Position numbers and translations under genes: made by a program. DNA of 64,000 nucleotides, taken from Candidatus Entotheonellaceae bacterium (GTDB lineage: Bacteria; Tectomicrobia; Entotheonellia; Entotheonellales; Entotheonellaceae). Positions 31,852-44,078 of this stretch are shown in pieces. How positions within the stretch are numbered: position 1 is the first letter of the stretch; each line of letters starts with the position of its first letter. Below the pieces are notes generated by a model. That model was not told the DNA's origin, ran no database searches, and worked only from the letters and a program-made list of their open reading frames with translations. The stretch covers positions 320,001 to 384,000 of the forward strand of contig OZ250173.1 of assembly GCA_965238075.1 (NCBI GenBank), read 5' to 3'.

Positions 31852-32808
31852 ATGGATATGGCACTGACGGGGCTGGTTCTGGCCAAGCCGCGCGGCTTTT
31901 GCGCCGGGGTGGACCGAGCCATTGACATCGTCGAGCAAGCGTTGGAGGTCTTCGGCAAGCCGGTTTATGTGCGCAGGGAGATTGTGCACAACCGGCACGT
32001 TGTCGAGGCTCTGCAGGACAAGGGCGCGGTATTCGTCGAGGAAATTTCCGATGTCCCGGCGGGCGCCACCGCCGTCTTCAGCGCCCACGGCGTCGCCCCC
32101 ACTGTCTGGGCCGAGGCTGAGGCGAGGCAATTGCACATCCTCGACGCCACCTGCCCTTTGGTCACCAAGGTGCACCTGGAAGTGCAACGCTACGCCAGGG
32201 AGAACTACAGCATCATCCTCATCGGCCACCAAGACCACGACGAGGTGATCGGCACGCGCGGCGAGGCGCCGGACCGCATTCAGGTAGTCGATTCAGTGGA
32301 TAGCGTGCGGGACTTGACCGTGCCCGATCCGCGCAAGCTGGTGTGCCTCACCCAGACGACCCTCAGCATGGACGACACCGCTGAGATCATGGAAGCCCTG
32401 CGAACGCGCTATCCGGCCATGACGCTGCCGGCCAAGGACGACATCTGCTACGCGACGCAGAACCGTCAGCGCGCCGTCAAGGCGATGGCCAGGGCGGTGG
32501 AGATGGTGCTGGTCATAGGGGCCACCAACAGCTCGAACTCCAACCGTCTGCGCGAAGTGGCCGAGATGGCCGGCGTCAAGGCGATGCTCATTCAGCAGGC
32601 CTCCGACCTTGATCCTGCCGCGTTTGCGGGCGTCACGCGGGTCGGGGTGACGGCCGGTGCCTCGACGCCTGAGTTTCTGGTGCAGGAGGTAGTTGCCTAC
32701 TGCCGGCGCCTGGGTGTGGAGGAGGTCGACGACCTCACCGTTACAGAGGAAAACGTCAAGTTCATGCTGCCCGCGGAACTGACACGGGCGAAAGCCGAAA
32801 CCTCTTGA
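31852..32808 (+). CDS. ispH: 4-hydroxy-3-methylbut-2-enyl diphosphate reductase
   Basis: PRGFCAGV, IVHN, DATCPLV, ICYATQNRQ, SSN, TAGASTP. Confidence 0.96.
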   Translation: MDMALTGLVLAKPRGFCAGVDRAIDIVEQALEVFGKPVYVRREIVHNRHVVEALQDKGAVFVEEISDVPAGATAVFSAHGVAPTVWAEAEARQLHILDATCPLVTKVHLEVQRYARENYSIILIGHQDHDEVIGTRGEAPDRIQVVDSVDSVRDLTVPDPRKLVCLTQTTLSMDDTAEIMEALRTRYPAMTLPAKDDICYATQNRQRAVKAMARAVEMVLVIGATNSSNSNRLREVAEMAGVKAMLIQQASDLDPAAFAGVTRVGVTAGASTPEFLVQEVVAYCRRLGVEEVDDLTVTEENVKFMLPAELTRAKAETS

Positions 32809-32835
32809 ATTAGGCAGAGTCAGGGATATTTCAGG

Positions 32836-32869
32836 AGGTCGGATTTACCGCAAGCATAATCCGACCTAC
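32836..32869 (-). repeat. GTAG-type REP sequence
   Basis: Reverse complement GTAGGTCGGATTATGCTTGCGGTAAATCCGAC, between convergent genes. Confidence 0.7.
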
Positions 32870-32896
32870 ATTGTGATCCGCATAGATAGCCGCGGA

Positions 32897-33886
32897 TCAG
32901 GATTCGGCGTAGGGCACGGGCACCAGTTGGTCCGCTGCCTCCTTTTGATCCGCCTGCCACATGGCCAGCAGTTTTCGGGCAATCGGCCCGGGCCGGCCGT
33001 CACCCACCACTTGATCGTCCCACCGCACGACCGGCGCCACCTTCAGTGAGCTGCCAAGCAGCAGAATCTCGCGCGCCGCTCTCCACTCTTGTATCGGCAC
33101 GTTCCTCAGGGCGATGCCTTCTAAATCCCCCGAATTGACGAGCTGCCTGGCGAGATGCAGCATGCGCTGTGCCGTGATGCCGGTGAGGATGGCGTCGAAC
33201 GTGGGATGGCACAGCACGTTATCCGAGTTTACGAACGCCACGTTCATGTGCGAGCTTTCGGCCACGTATCCCTGCGCGTCGAGGAACAATCCATGATCGC
33301 CGCCGCGATCCTTGGCCTCCAGCAGCACCAGCGCATTGGGCAGGTAATTATTCGACTTCACTTTGGCGAAAAACGGCGGCTTGATCGGCACGGTGCTGGT
33401 GACGAGCTTGACGCCCTCGGTGTAGAATTGTTCGGGCTCCGGTTCCGACCGGAAAATCATGACGTAGAAACTGCTGGCGACGCATTCCCGCGACGACAGG
33501 CCAAAGCCGCCGGGGCCGACCGACAGCCAGTAGCGGACCGAGGCGTTGCGCTGGCCGCTGACGGCGGCGGTGTCGATGATGATCTGGCGCAACTGATGCG
33601 GCTCGAAGGGCAGCGGAATGCGCGCCATTTCCGCCGACCGCAGCAGGCGCTCGAGATGCGGGTCGAGTTGGTAGAGCATGCCGCCGACGATGGCCGCGGT
33701 GTCGAATACGGCGTGGCCGCGATGCACCATGTGATCATCGAGCGGCAGCACCATGAGCGGCGGGTCCGTGACGATGCCACCCAGAACGCTGGAATACATG
33801 GCGTGGAAGTTGTCCGCCCTGTCATGCCGCCCGCTGCGCAAACGCGCCACGGCCTCATCGCTTGTTAATCGCAACGTCGCTCCCAT
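32897..33886 (-). CDS. Aminotransferase class IV (D-amino acid aminotransferase/ADC lyase-like)
   Basis: DDHMVHRGHAVFDT, HLERL, KSNNYL, LTGIT. Confidence 0.88.
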   Translation of the reverse strand: MGATLRLTSDEAVARLRSGRHDRADNFHAMYSSVLGGIVTDPPLMVLPLDDHMVHRGHAVFDTAAIVGGMLYQLDPHLERLLRSAEMARIPLPFEPHQLRQIIIDTAAVSGQRNASVRYWLSVGPGGFGLSSRECVASSFYVMIFRSEPEPEQFYTEGVKLVTSTVPIKPPFFAKVKSNNYLPNALVLLEAKDRGGDHGLFLDAQGYVAESSHMNVAFVNSDNVLCHPTFDAILTGITAQRMLHLARQLVNSGDLEGIALRNVPIQEWRAAREILLLGSSLKVAPVVRWDDQVVGDGRPGPIARKLLAMWQADQKEAADQLVPVPYAES

Positions 33887-34115
33887 ACGTTCTCCCTGAG
33901 GTATCCAAGCACGTTTATTGTGGGTGGCCGATCCGGCGCCATTGTGACCGATCGGGCGCAACCCGTCCAGACGGCGGGGGCGTCGTTTGACCGCATGGGT
34001 TGAAGCGACTATGATTGGAACCGCTCCAACCCAGAGTCACCAACGCACGGCTTGGCCGTCCGGCCAGCCACCCCGCAAACCGCCCAATCGTTCGCAACGC
34101 GCGAGGTTTTTCCCA

Positions 34116-35108
34116 ATGTCCCAGGTCTGTATCCGTGGCGTCGGCAGCTACCTGCCGTCGGCGCGCTTGACCAATGCCGACGTCGCCGAGCGATTTGGCA
34201 TCACGGAAGAGCATATCGTCAGACTTACGGGCATCCGTGAGCGCCGCCGTGCCGCGCCTGAGGAAGCCACCTCTGACATGGCCGTCAACGCCGCCCGGGC
34301 GGCGTTGATCGACGCCGGGCTGGCGCCTGACGCCGTTGAGTGTGTCATCGTCGCAACCGCTTCGCCAGACCACCTCACCCCCTCGACGGCCAATCTGGTG
34401 CAGCAAGCGCTGCAGTTGCCGACGGTCCCGGCCTATGACCTCAACGCCGGGTGCACGGGCTCCCTCTACGCCCTGATTACGGCCACCGGGTTGGCACGCG
34501 CCGGCGTCTGCGGCACTGCATTGGTCATCGGTGCCGAACTGGTTTCGCGCATGGTGAACGACGACGATCAGGAAACCGCCCTGGTTTTCGGGGATGGCGC
34601 CGGCGCCCTGGTTCTCCAGTCCGGAGAGGGGGTGAGCGGTGATCTGCGCGTCTTGGCTCATAGTTGGGCCAGCGACGGCAGCCTATCGGAGGTCATCAAA
34701 GTGCCGGCAGGGGGATCGCGGCGACCGGCCAGTCACCAGACTGTTGATGCTGGCGAACACTATTTGCGCATGAACGGCGGGCGCGTCTTCCGCTTCGCCG
34801 TGCGCGCCCTGACCAGCCTGGTGCATGACGTTTTGGAACGCGCCGGCCGCACGCTGGCGGACCTGCGGTTGCTGATCCCGCATCAGGCAAATTTGCGTAT
34901 CATTGAGGCGGCGGCGAAAAAACTGCCGCTTGATACCGCCAATATCATGGTCAACATTGACCGGTATGGAAATACGTCGGCGGCCTCCGTCATCGTGGCT
35001 TTGCACGAGGCACGTGAACAGGGGCGCTTGCAATCGGGCGACACCGTCGTCATGGCCTCATTCGGGGCCGGGCTGACGTGGGCGGCCGTCGCATTGGAAG
35101 TGGTGTAG
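34116..35108 (+). CDS. fabH: Beta-ketoacyl-ACP synthase III
   Basis: AGCTG, FGDGAGA, PHQAN, GNTSAAS. Confidence 0.93.
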   Translation: MSQVCIRGVGSYLPSARLTNADVAERFGITEEHIVRLTGIRERRRAAPEEATSDMAVNAARAALIDAGLAPDAVECVIVATASPDHLTPSTANLVQQALQLPTVPAYDLNAGCTGSLYALITATGLARAGVCGTALVIGAELVSRMVNDDDQETALVFGDGAGALVLQSGEGVSGDLRVLAHSWASDGSLSEVIKVPAGGSRRPASHQTVDAGEHYLRMNGGRVFRFAVRALTSLVHDVLERAGRTLADLRLLIPHQANLRIIEAAAKKLPLDTANIMVNIDRYGNTSAASVIVALHEAREQGRLQSGDTVVMASFGAGLTWAAVALEVV

Positions 35109-35137
35109 AGGCGGGTCGCCGCCGGGAGGAGAACAAC

Positions 35138-36987
<1,850 letters not shown>

Positions 36988-37066
36988 ACCGTCTTGTAGA
37001 GGAATGGTGGATGATGCGCCGAGCGGCGTTTCAAGTCGGGAAGGATCTAGCTTGCGGCTGGGAGCA

Positions 37067-37150
37067 TGCCGGAGGTCGGACTCGAACCGACACGAGGTTA
37101 CCCTCACGGGATTTTGAGTCCCGCGCGTCTACCAATTTCACCACTCCGGC
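37067..37150 (-). tRNA. tRNA-Leu(CAA)
   Basis: GCCGGAG...GGGA-CTCAAAA-TCCC, long variable arm, GTTCGAGT, ...CTCCGGCA; CCA not encoded. Confidence 0.95.
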
Positions 37151-37203
37151 AATGGCTGTGAGGCCGAAACCTTAGTACGGAACCCAGGGGGCTGTCAAGG
37201 CTT

Positions 37204-37316
37204 CCCCCTCCCTAACTCTCCCCCTAATGGGGGGAGGGAATCAGAGCACTAATGCTCCTCCACGAAGAGGGTTTTGTACTCCCTCTCCCCTGGAGAGAGA
37301 GGGCTGGAATGAGGGA
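37204..37316. repeat. Pair of palindromic CCCTC...CTCTCCC...GGAGAGGG-type intergenic repeats
   Basis: CCCCCTCCCTAACTCTCCCCCTAATGGGGGGAGGG and an inverted relative at 37278-37316. Confidence 0.5.
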
Positions 37317-37361
37317 GAAATATCGTCGGGCAGCCTGCCACAGCTACGGACCTACCGCGTC

Positions 37362-37994
37362 ATGGACGTTTACCCCATCTTCCTCACCGATCTGCAGTCA
37401 CGGCGCTGCGTCGTCATCGGCGACGATGCCGAGGCCGAGCGCAAAGTGGAAGGCTTGCTGGCCGCCAACGCAGCCGTGACCGTCATCAGCAAGACCCTCA
37501 CCGACAACCTGACCCTGTGGGTAGACGAACACCGCATCACCTGGCTCCCCCGTGCCTGTCAGCCAGGTGACCTGCGGGGCGTCTGGCTGGCCATCGCCAC
37601 CACCCGCGACACCGCCCTGGCCGCCCGCCTCAAAGACGAAGCGGAAACGCATGGCGTCTTGCTGAACGTCACGGACGACGTGCCCCACAGCAACTTTGTG
37701 GCCGGCTCCGTCATGCGCCGCGGGCCGCTCGCCATTGCCGTTTCCACCAGCGGCTGCTCGCCGGCGTTGGCCGCCAGGATACGGCAGCAATTGGAGCAGA
37801 CGTTTGGCCCGGAATACGCCGATTTTCTCGAATTGCTTGGCGACCTGCGCCAGTCCGTAGCAGCGCGCCACCCCGACTTCGAGGCGAGAAAAGCGCTATG
37901 GGGGCAACTGCTGGACTCCGATGTGCTCGACCTGTTGCGAAGGGGCGATGCTGAGCACGCACGTCGTCTGGCAGCCAGCTTGGCTGGGCTGTGA
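37362..37994 (+). CDS. Precorrin-2 dehydrogenase/sirohydrochlorin ferrochelatase (CysG N-terminal/Met8-like)
   Basis: YPIFL, AERKVEGLL, NVTDD, IAVSTSGCSPALA; NAD-binding glycine motif atypical (IGDD). Confidence 0.85.
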   Translation: MDVYPIFLTDLQSRRCVVIGDDAEAERKVEGLLAANAAVTVISKTLTDNLTLWVDEHRITWLPRACQPGDLRGVWLAIATTRDTALAARLKDEAETHGVLLNVTDDVPHSNFVAGSVMRRGPLAIAVSTSGCSPALAARIRQQLEQTFGPEYADFLELLGDLRQSVAARHPDFEARKALWGQLLDSDVLDLLRRGDAEHARRLAASLAGL

Positions 37995-38702
37995 GCGCGA
38001 CAGCAGGAGAGCCCAGTGCTGGCGCTAATCAATTTTCAGCTGCTGTAATCCGCTGGTAATGACAGCGGCGCCGGCACCTGCCACTGCGACCGCCTGCTTG
38101 CACATCTTCGTCTCGCCTCTTCATAAGCCGGACGCCGGAATTTCCCACCCCTCACTATCATTCCCTTCACCGCACCAATGATCAGCATTGACAACAGGCC
38201 ATTCGCGTGCGTGTTTCGATTTCTTCCAGCACAGCACGATGCGACTGCATGCGTTCCTTCAGCCTAAGATGCGCTGACCTCATGAAAGCTTCGAAATGGC
38301 AGCTCGCTTACCGTGACGAGGCGTTGGCCTGCGGATCTCCAATCCCGGAGCCAGTATGGTATCCCGGGCAGCTTGGCCCAGACACGCGCTTGTGCAGAAA
38401 TTCCGACACGCCACCGAATTGACAACGATCCTTCAGCTGCCTGAATCTCCAAAAAGTGACTGCATCGACGCCGGGTCTGGAATCCCATTGCCGAAGGGGA
38501 TATTGCGCGGTACGTGATGGGCCGCTTTCGGAACGGTGCGAAGCCCGAACTGGAGTAAGGACGAGATGTTACGCAGCCTTGAGGAGCTGGAGTTCATCAA
38601 AGGCATGACGCACGGTCTTGAGATAGAGCCGTGTCCACAAGGCAACGTGATTGAGCCCATGGGTCACACTGAGCCATGTCAAGCGGCACGCGGCAAATCG
38701 CC

Positions 38703-38744
38703 AGAGCCTGCCCCGGACTTGATCCGGGGTACGGGGCAGGCTCT
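38703..38744. repeat. Palindromic intergenic repeat
   Basis: AGAGCCTGCCCCG-GACTTGATCCGGGGTA-CGGGGCAGGCTCT; related partial copy at 63478-63508. Confidence 0.7.
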
Positions 38745-38792
38745 GTTTGGGGTCGGTTGCGGAAAAGGGCGAAATGACACGCTAAGGAGAAG

Positions 38793-41221
38793 TCAACGTC
38801 TTTTTGGCCACCTGTATTCGCCGGTAAGCAGGATGTGGCCCCATCCGAGGGGCGAGGTGTGTGGCAGGAGCTCGGGGACGACGGGCAGACCGGCGTGTCT
38901 TCGCCTGGCGACCGCTTCGCCCAGCCGGGCGATGTTCCAGTAGATGACGATGGCAGCGAGCAGGTTGAGGCCTGCCATGCGGTAGTGCTGTCCCTCCGTG
39001 CTGCGATCCCTGATTTTTCCCTGGCGGCCGATGCGCAAGGCGTTCTTCAGGGCGTGGTGGGATTCTCCCTTGTTCAGGCCGATCTGGGCACGCCGCTGCA
39101 TGGCCGGGTCCAGCGCCCAATCGATCATGAAGAGGGTGCGCTCGATGCGGCCGATTTCGCGCAGCGCCGCGGCGAGGTCATTACGGCGCGGGTAGGCGGC
39201 CAGCTTGCGCAGGATCAGACTCGGGGCGACCGTGCCGGCGGCCAGGGTCGCCCCCAGCCGCAGAACGTCGGGCCAGTTCGACGCGATCAGCGATTGTCGG
39301 AGTTTGCCGCCGATCGGGCCGCGCAGTTCCTTCGGGCAAGCGGCCGGCTCGAAGACGGAGATGCGCTTGGAAGGCAGATCGCGGATGCGCGGCACGAACC
39401 GGTAACCCAGGATCGAGGTGACGGCGAAGACGTGGTCGGTAAAACCGCCGGTGTCGGCGTACTGCTCGCGGATACGGCGGCCGGTCTCGTTCATCAGCAG
39501 GCCGTCCAGGATGTAAGGCGCTTCGTTGACCGTCGCCGGGATGATCTGCGTGGCGAAGGGTCCGAAGCGGTCCGACACGTGCGTGTACGCCTTCAGCCTG
39601 GGCTCGCTGCCGTACCTGGCATTGACCAGGTTCATGGCCTCGCCCTGGCGCGTGGTCGGAAAGAACTGGCCGTCGCTCGACGCGGTGGTTCCCATCCCCC
39701 AGAACGTCGCCATGGGCAGCTTGGCCTGTGCCTCGATCACCATCGCCAGCGCACGGTCCATGGCTTCGCCTTCGACATGCCAGCGCGACAGCCGCATGAG
39801 TTCCCAGTAGTCGTGGGTGTTGGTGGCGTCGGCCATCTTGCCGAGGCTGAGATTGATGCCTTCGGCCAGGAGCACGTTGAGCAAGCCGATCTTGTCGTTG
39901 CAGGGGGCGCCGGTGCGCAGATGGGACAGGACGGCAACCCCCCATAGCCTCTTTTCGCCCTTGGGCTGCGCATCGAGATAACGGTGCCGCTTGGAGGCCG
40001 GGCGCAGAAAGGCTCTCGGGCTGCTGTGGCTGCTGCCGTCGCGGATCAGCCTGGCGGCATCCAGCAGAGGCCGTGCAACCGGGGCGGCCTGGATATCGAG
40101 CGCCCGCAGCATTCGCGGGGCATAGCGTCGAAGGCGCCCGTGTCCCTGCGCCACGTGGGCCAGCGGGTCGTTCGACATCGTATCGGTCAAGCGTGCGGCC
40201 ACAGCCACCAGGTCGCTCAGCCCGTCCCAGCCCAGTTTTCCCGAAACGGCCTGTTCAAGCATGGCGGGTTGATGCCGGGCTTCGAGCAGTGCCTCGCCGA
40301 GATCGGCGAAGGATCGCAGGGTCCGGCGGACGGTTTTCCTGGCATCGTCGATGCGGGCATCGCAGAGTTTTTCTGCCTCGCGCCAGGTTCTGCTGACGAT
40401 GCGGTCATGGGTCTCGACGAGGGCGTCCGCAAGACCCGCCTGCCATTCCACGGCGCACACCGCCAGAATGGCCAGGCGGCGGCTGTCGAGCATCTCCCGC
40501 AGGCCGTCCGCGAAATAGCGTTCTCCCTGCCGCCTCAGGCGGGCAACGCGGTGGGCGGGTACGCCCTCGATGATCCGCTCGGAGAGACCGAGACGCTGCA
40601 GAAACTCCAGTCGATCCAGCAAGCGCCCGGCGACCGCGGCATTGTTGCCCGGCTCGGACTGCCGCAGCCAGACGAACCGCGTCACGCGGTTGTCCAGTGT
40701 TTCCGAAAGCAGCCCGTCGAGAGCCGTTCGTGCCGCGGTGTCGAGACGGCAGGCAGGATGAGTTGCCTTCGGCGGCATTCCTCGACGAGCCGTCTTGCCA
40801 GCTCCTCGTTGGACCGCGCCTCCTCGGCCTGCCCGTCGAGCCAGCCCTTCAGGTGCCGCGCCGCGCGTCCGGCGAACGTGCGGTAGCCGTAGATCGAACG
40901 CAGCGCCGTCATGTGTTCCTGGCGCGTCTGTCGCCGCGCCGCATAGGGCAGCAGCGACTCCACCGCGATGCCCAGCTGGACACCGACGAATTCCACTACC
41001 GGCGACGGGATCAGTTCGCCGGGCTGCAGCACGCGACCGGGATGGCGTAGGGCACAAAGCTGAAGGGCGAAGCCGAGGCGGTTTTCGGCGCGGCGGCGCC
41101 GGCCGATGTGTTCCAGATCATCATCAGCCAAGGTGTAGTGCTTTCGGAGCGACGTCTCATCGACCGGGAGATCGACCAAGGCGGAGCGCTGGCGGTCCGT
41201 GAGAATGGTTCGGCGGGGCAT
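38793..41221 (-). pseudogene. tnpA: Tn3-family transposase, frameshifted and internally deleted
   Basis: MPRRTILT...ENRLGFALQLC; frame change near 40750; SSDGQ, YADTGG, GRIERT, LNKGE motifs; about 810 codons. Confidence 0.9.
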
Positions 41222-41263
41222 GGTTGGGTCAGTTCCGGCAAAGGTTGGACAGGCGACATGGGA

Positions 41264-41854
41264 TCAGGCGTCGAGGAGCCGTCCTTGAGCGTGCCGTCGG
41301 CGTGCAGGTAATGGTAGAGCGTGCTCGTGGGAATGCTGCCAAGCTCACGGCAGATGTCGGGTATCGAGCGCGTCTGGTCGGCCATGAGGTTCTGGGCGTA
41401 GCGCAGCTTCTCGGGGGTCATGACGCGGGGACGGCCGCCTTTGCGTCCACGCCCGCGCCGCCTTGACACCCTCGCGGATGCGCTGTCGGATGACGTTGCG
41501 TTCCATTTCCGCGAAGGCTGCCTGGATCTGCAGAAAGGCGCGGCCCGCCGGCGCGGTGGTGTCCATCGGTGAATTGAGGGCGCGGAACCCGACGCCGCGG
41601 TGGTCGAGGTCGTCGATCAGGGCGATGAGTTCGCCCGCCCGGCGGCCCAGACGGTCGAGGTCGAGGACGACAAGGACGCCGCCCTGGCGCAGGTAATCGA
41701 GACAGGCGGCCAAGTTCGGTCGGTCAGAGGCGGCGCCGGAAGCACGGTCCTCGAACACGCGCTCGCATCCAGCGTCGTTGAGGGCGTCGAGCTGGCGGTC
41801 GAGTATCTGACGGCCTTCGGCGGTGGATACGCGGGCGTAGCCAATGAGGCCCAT
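41264..41854 (-). pseudogene. tnpR: Serine resolvase, frameshifted
   Basis: IGYARVST, LDRLGR, AEMER; GRKGGRP and the HTH (STLYHYL) lie in another frame. Confidence 0.88.
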
Positions 41855-41993
41855 GGGGTGATGTCCTCGCGGTCTCGAAAACGTTGTCTTGAGCGTATTT
41901 TATCGTAAAAAGATATTTTCGGGGTTGTCGGGAAGATTTCGCAGCAAAAGGCGGGTCGTGAGGGCGTACTTCAGCGAGTCACGACAAAGAACT

Positions 41994-43666
41994 CAGACTG
42001 TGTGAAAACACCCTTTCTTGAAACCCACATACCGAACACGGGATACTGAGAACCATGGCACATATCACAGGTGATGACCGTTCTCAGATTCTGCTTCTTC
42101 CAGAAACCGTGGAAGACTATGGCGGCCCCGACAACCCGGTGCGCTTCGTCGACGCGTTCGTCGATGGCCTTGATCTGGAGGCTGCCGGCTTCCGGCGCGT
42201 ACAACCTAAAGCGACAGGACGACCGGGGTACGATCCGGGCGATCTCCTGAAGCTCTACATCTATGGGTACCTCAACCGCATCCGTTCCAGCCGGCGCCTG
42301 GAGGTGGAGACCCACCGAAACCTCGAGGTGATCTGGCTTCTGCGTCGCCTCCGGCCCGACTTCAAGACCATCGCGGATTTCCGGCGCGACAACCGCAGGG
42401 CGTTTCGCCAAGTGTTCCGGAGCTTTGTATCGCTGTGCCGCGAACTCGGCCTGTACGGACGTGAACTCCTGGCTGTCGACGGCACCCGCATCAAGGCGGT
42501 AAACAGCCGCAAGCGCAATTTCACGCGGGCGGGGCTCGACCACAGGCTCAAGAAGACTGACGAGCGCCTTGAGCGCTACCTGAAGGAAATGGACGAAGCG
42601 GACGCCCAGGATTCCGGCGGCAGCGCGAAATCCACCACCGACCTCGCGGCGAAAATCGAATCGCTGCGTAAACGCCGAGCAGCGCTTCAGGCTCATAAGA
42701 AGGCGCTCGAACAGAGCGGCGAGAGTCAACTCTCGCTCACCGACCCGGATGCCCGGGCGATGGAAGCACGCACCCGCGTTGCAGTGGGGTACAACGCCCA
42801 GATCGCGGTGGACACCAAACACAATCTGATCGCTGAACAGCAGGTCCACAGCAAGGTCTCGGACCTGGGCCTGCTGACCGAAACTGCGAGCGTGGCGCGT
42901 GGGAATCTCAAGGCGGAACGCATGGCTGTCGTGGCTGACAAAGGCTACTTCAAGATCGAGGACATCGAAGCTTGCGAAGCCGAGGGCGTAACGCCGTACG
43001 TGCCAAAGCCCAACCGCAGCCCTGCCCGTTCAGCCGGCCGCTTCCCGAAGTCGGCGTTCCATTACGACAAGGAAACCGACACCTATATATGTCCCAACGG
43101 CCAGCGCCTGTCGCCCACGTACGCCACGAAAGTCCGCAACACGCCTTTGACATGTTACGCCAATTTCCAGGCTTGTCGGGAATGCGGCATACGCGAGCGC
43201 TGCACGAAGTCATATTACCGAGGCATTGTGCGCTACGTGAACGAGGCCGTTCTGGAACGCATGGCGGAACGGCTCGCCAGGCGCCCCGAGATCCTGAAGC
43301 GCCGTGGCGAGAGCGTGGAGCATCCTTTCGGCTCCATCAAACAGTGGATGGGACAGGGCGCGTTCCTGATGCGGCGCCTTGAGAACGTGCGCGGCGAGTT
43401 CAGCCTTACCGCCCTTGCGTACAACATGCGGCGCGCGATCAACCTTGTCGGAGTTCCCACGCTCGTTGAAGCCGCGCACCCCTGATCGGGGTGTCCCCGG
43501 CCAAATCTCACCTCACACCGCGATTGAACCACCCAGTGCCTGCCATGAGCGACAAATCCGAGCCGCCTGGATTCCCCTGCAGCCGAATTATGGATGCTAC
43601 CAATCGACGACCGCATCACCTCTGAAGAGCTCAGGTCTCGCGCCCCGTGACTTTTCGCACGGTCTG
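41994..43666 (+). mobile_element. IS1182-family insertion sequence
   Basis: TIRs CAGACTGTGTGAAAA / TTTTCGCACGGTCTG (13/15); 4-bp target duplication AACT. Confidence 0.92.
42055..43485 (+). CDS. IS1182-family transposase
   Basis: GRPGYDP, SSRRLE, PDFKTIADFR, DGTRIKA, SLTDPDAR, ADKGY, VEHPFG; uninterrupted. Confidence 0.95.
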   Translation: MAHITGDDRSQILLLPETVEDYGGPDNPVRFVDAFVDGLDLEAAGFRRVQPKATGRPGYDPGDLLKLYIYGYLNRIRSSRRLEVETHRNLEVIWLLRRLRPDFKTIADFRRDNRRAFRQVFRSFVSLCRELGLYGRELLAVDGTRIKAVNSRKRNFTRAGLDHRLKKTDERLERYLKEMDEADAQDSGGSAKSTTDLAAKIESLRKRRAALQAHKKALEQSGESQLSLTDPDARAMEARTRVAVGYNAQIAVDTKHNLIAEQQVHSKVSDLGLLTETASVARGNLKAERMAVVADKGYFKIEDIEACEAEGVTPYVPKPNRSPARSAGRFPKSAFHYDKETDTYICPNGQRLSPTYATKVRNTPLTCYANFQACRECGIRERCTKSYYRGIVRYVNEAVLERMAERLARRPEILKRRGESVEHPFGSIKQWMGQGAFLMRRLENVRGEFSLTALAYNMRRAINLVGVPTLVEAAHP

Positions 43667-44078
43667 AACTGTTTGTCGTGGACCCGGAAGCGGGTTATAG
43701 GGGGCGGAAAAGAGAGCCCTCGAGGCTTAGAGTGTCATTTCGCCCTTTTCCGCAACCGACCCCGTTTTGTGAGAGGGTCCGATGCGGGTAGGCGGCATTC
43801 TGACGGTCTCGGAACCAGAGTGCCTACCCCCCGCTGTGCCTGAGGCGCCTCCGCCATCGCCGGTCCAGTTAAACGGGAAGTGCGTGAAGCTGGGCTCCAG
43901 GCTACGCCGTCTAACCCCACTGATTCGATGGGCAAGTTTCCAAGCCGAGACTTTCTTGGACCCAGCGGCCCAACATCGCGGGCAAGGCATAACTTGCTTA
44001 TCCCACAAGGTCGGGATGGATCACTTTGAGGGTGATGGCTCAGCACGGCTCATGGCGTAGATAAGCCTGCCGGACATT

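Larger units (their letters stand above)
38749..43763 (-). mobile_element. Tn3-family transposon (res-tnpR-tnpA), defective, carrying IS1182
   Basis: 38-bp IRs GGGGTCGGTTGCGGAAAAGGGCGAAATGACAC(G/T)CTAAG at 38749-38786 and 43726-43763. Confidence 0.93.

Noticed and set aside
37067-37150. tRNA-Leu as the island integration site
   Set aside because: Its 3' end faces metY, away from the island; a housekeeping gene intervenes and I saw no duplicated 3' end.
38000-38700. Short ORFs left of the Tn3 element
   Set aside because: No motifs or consistent RBS; probably degraded sequence.
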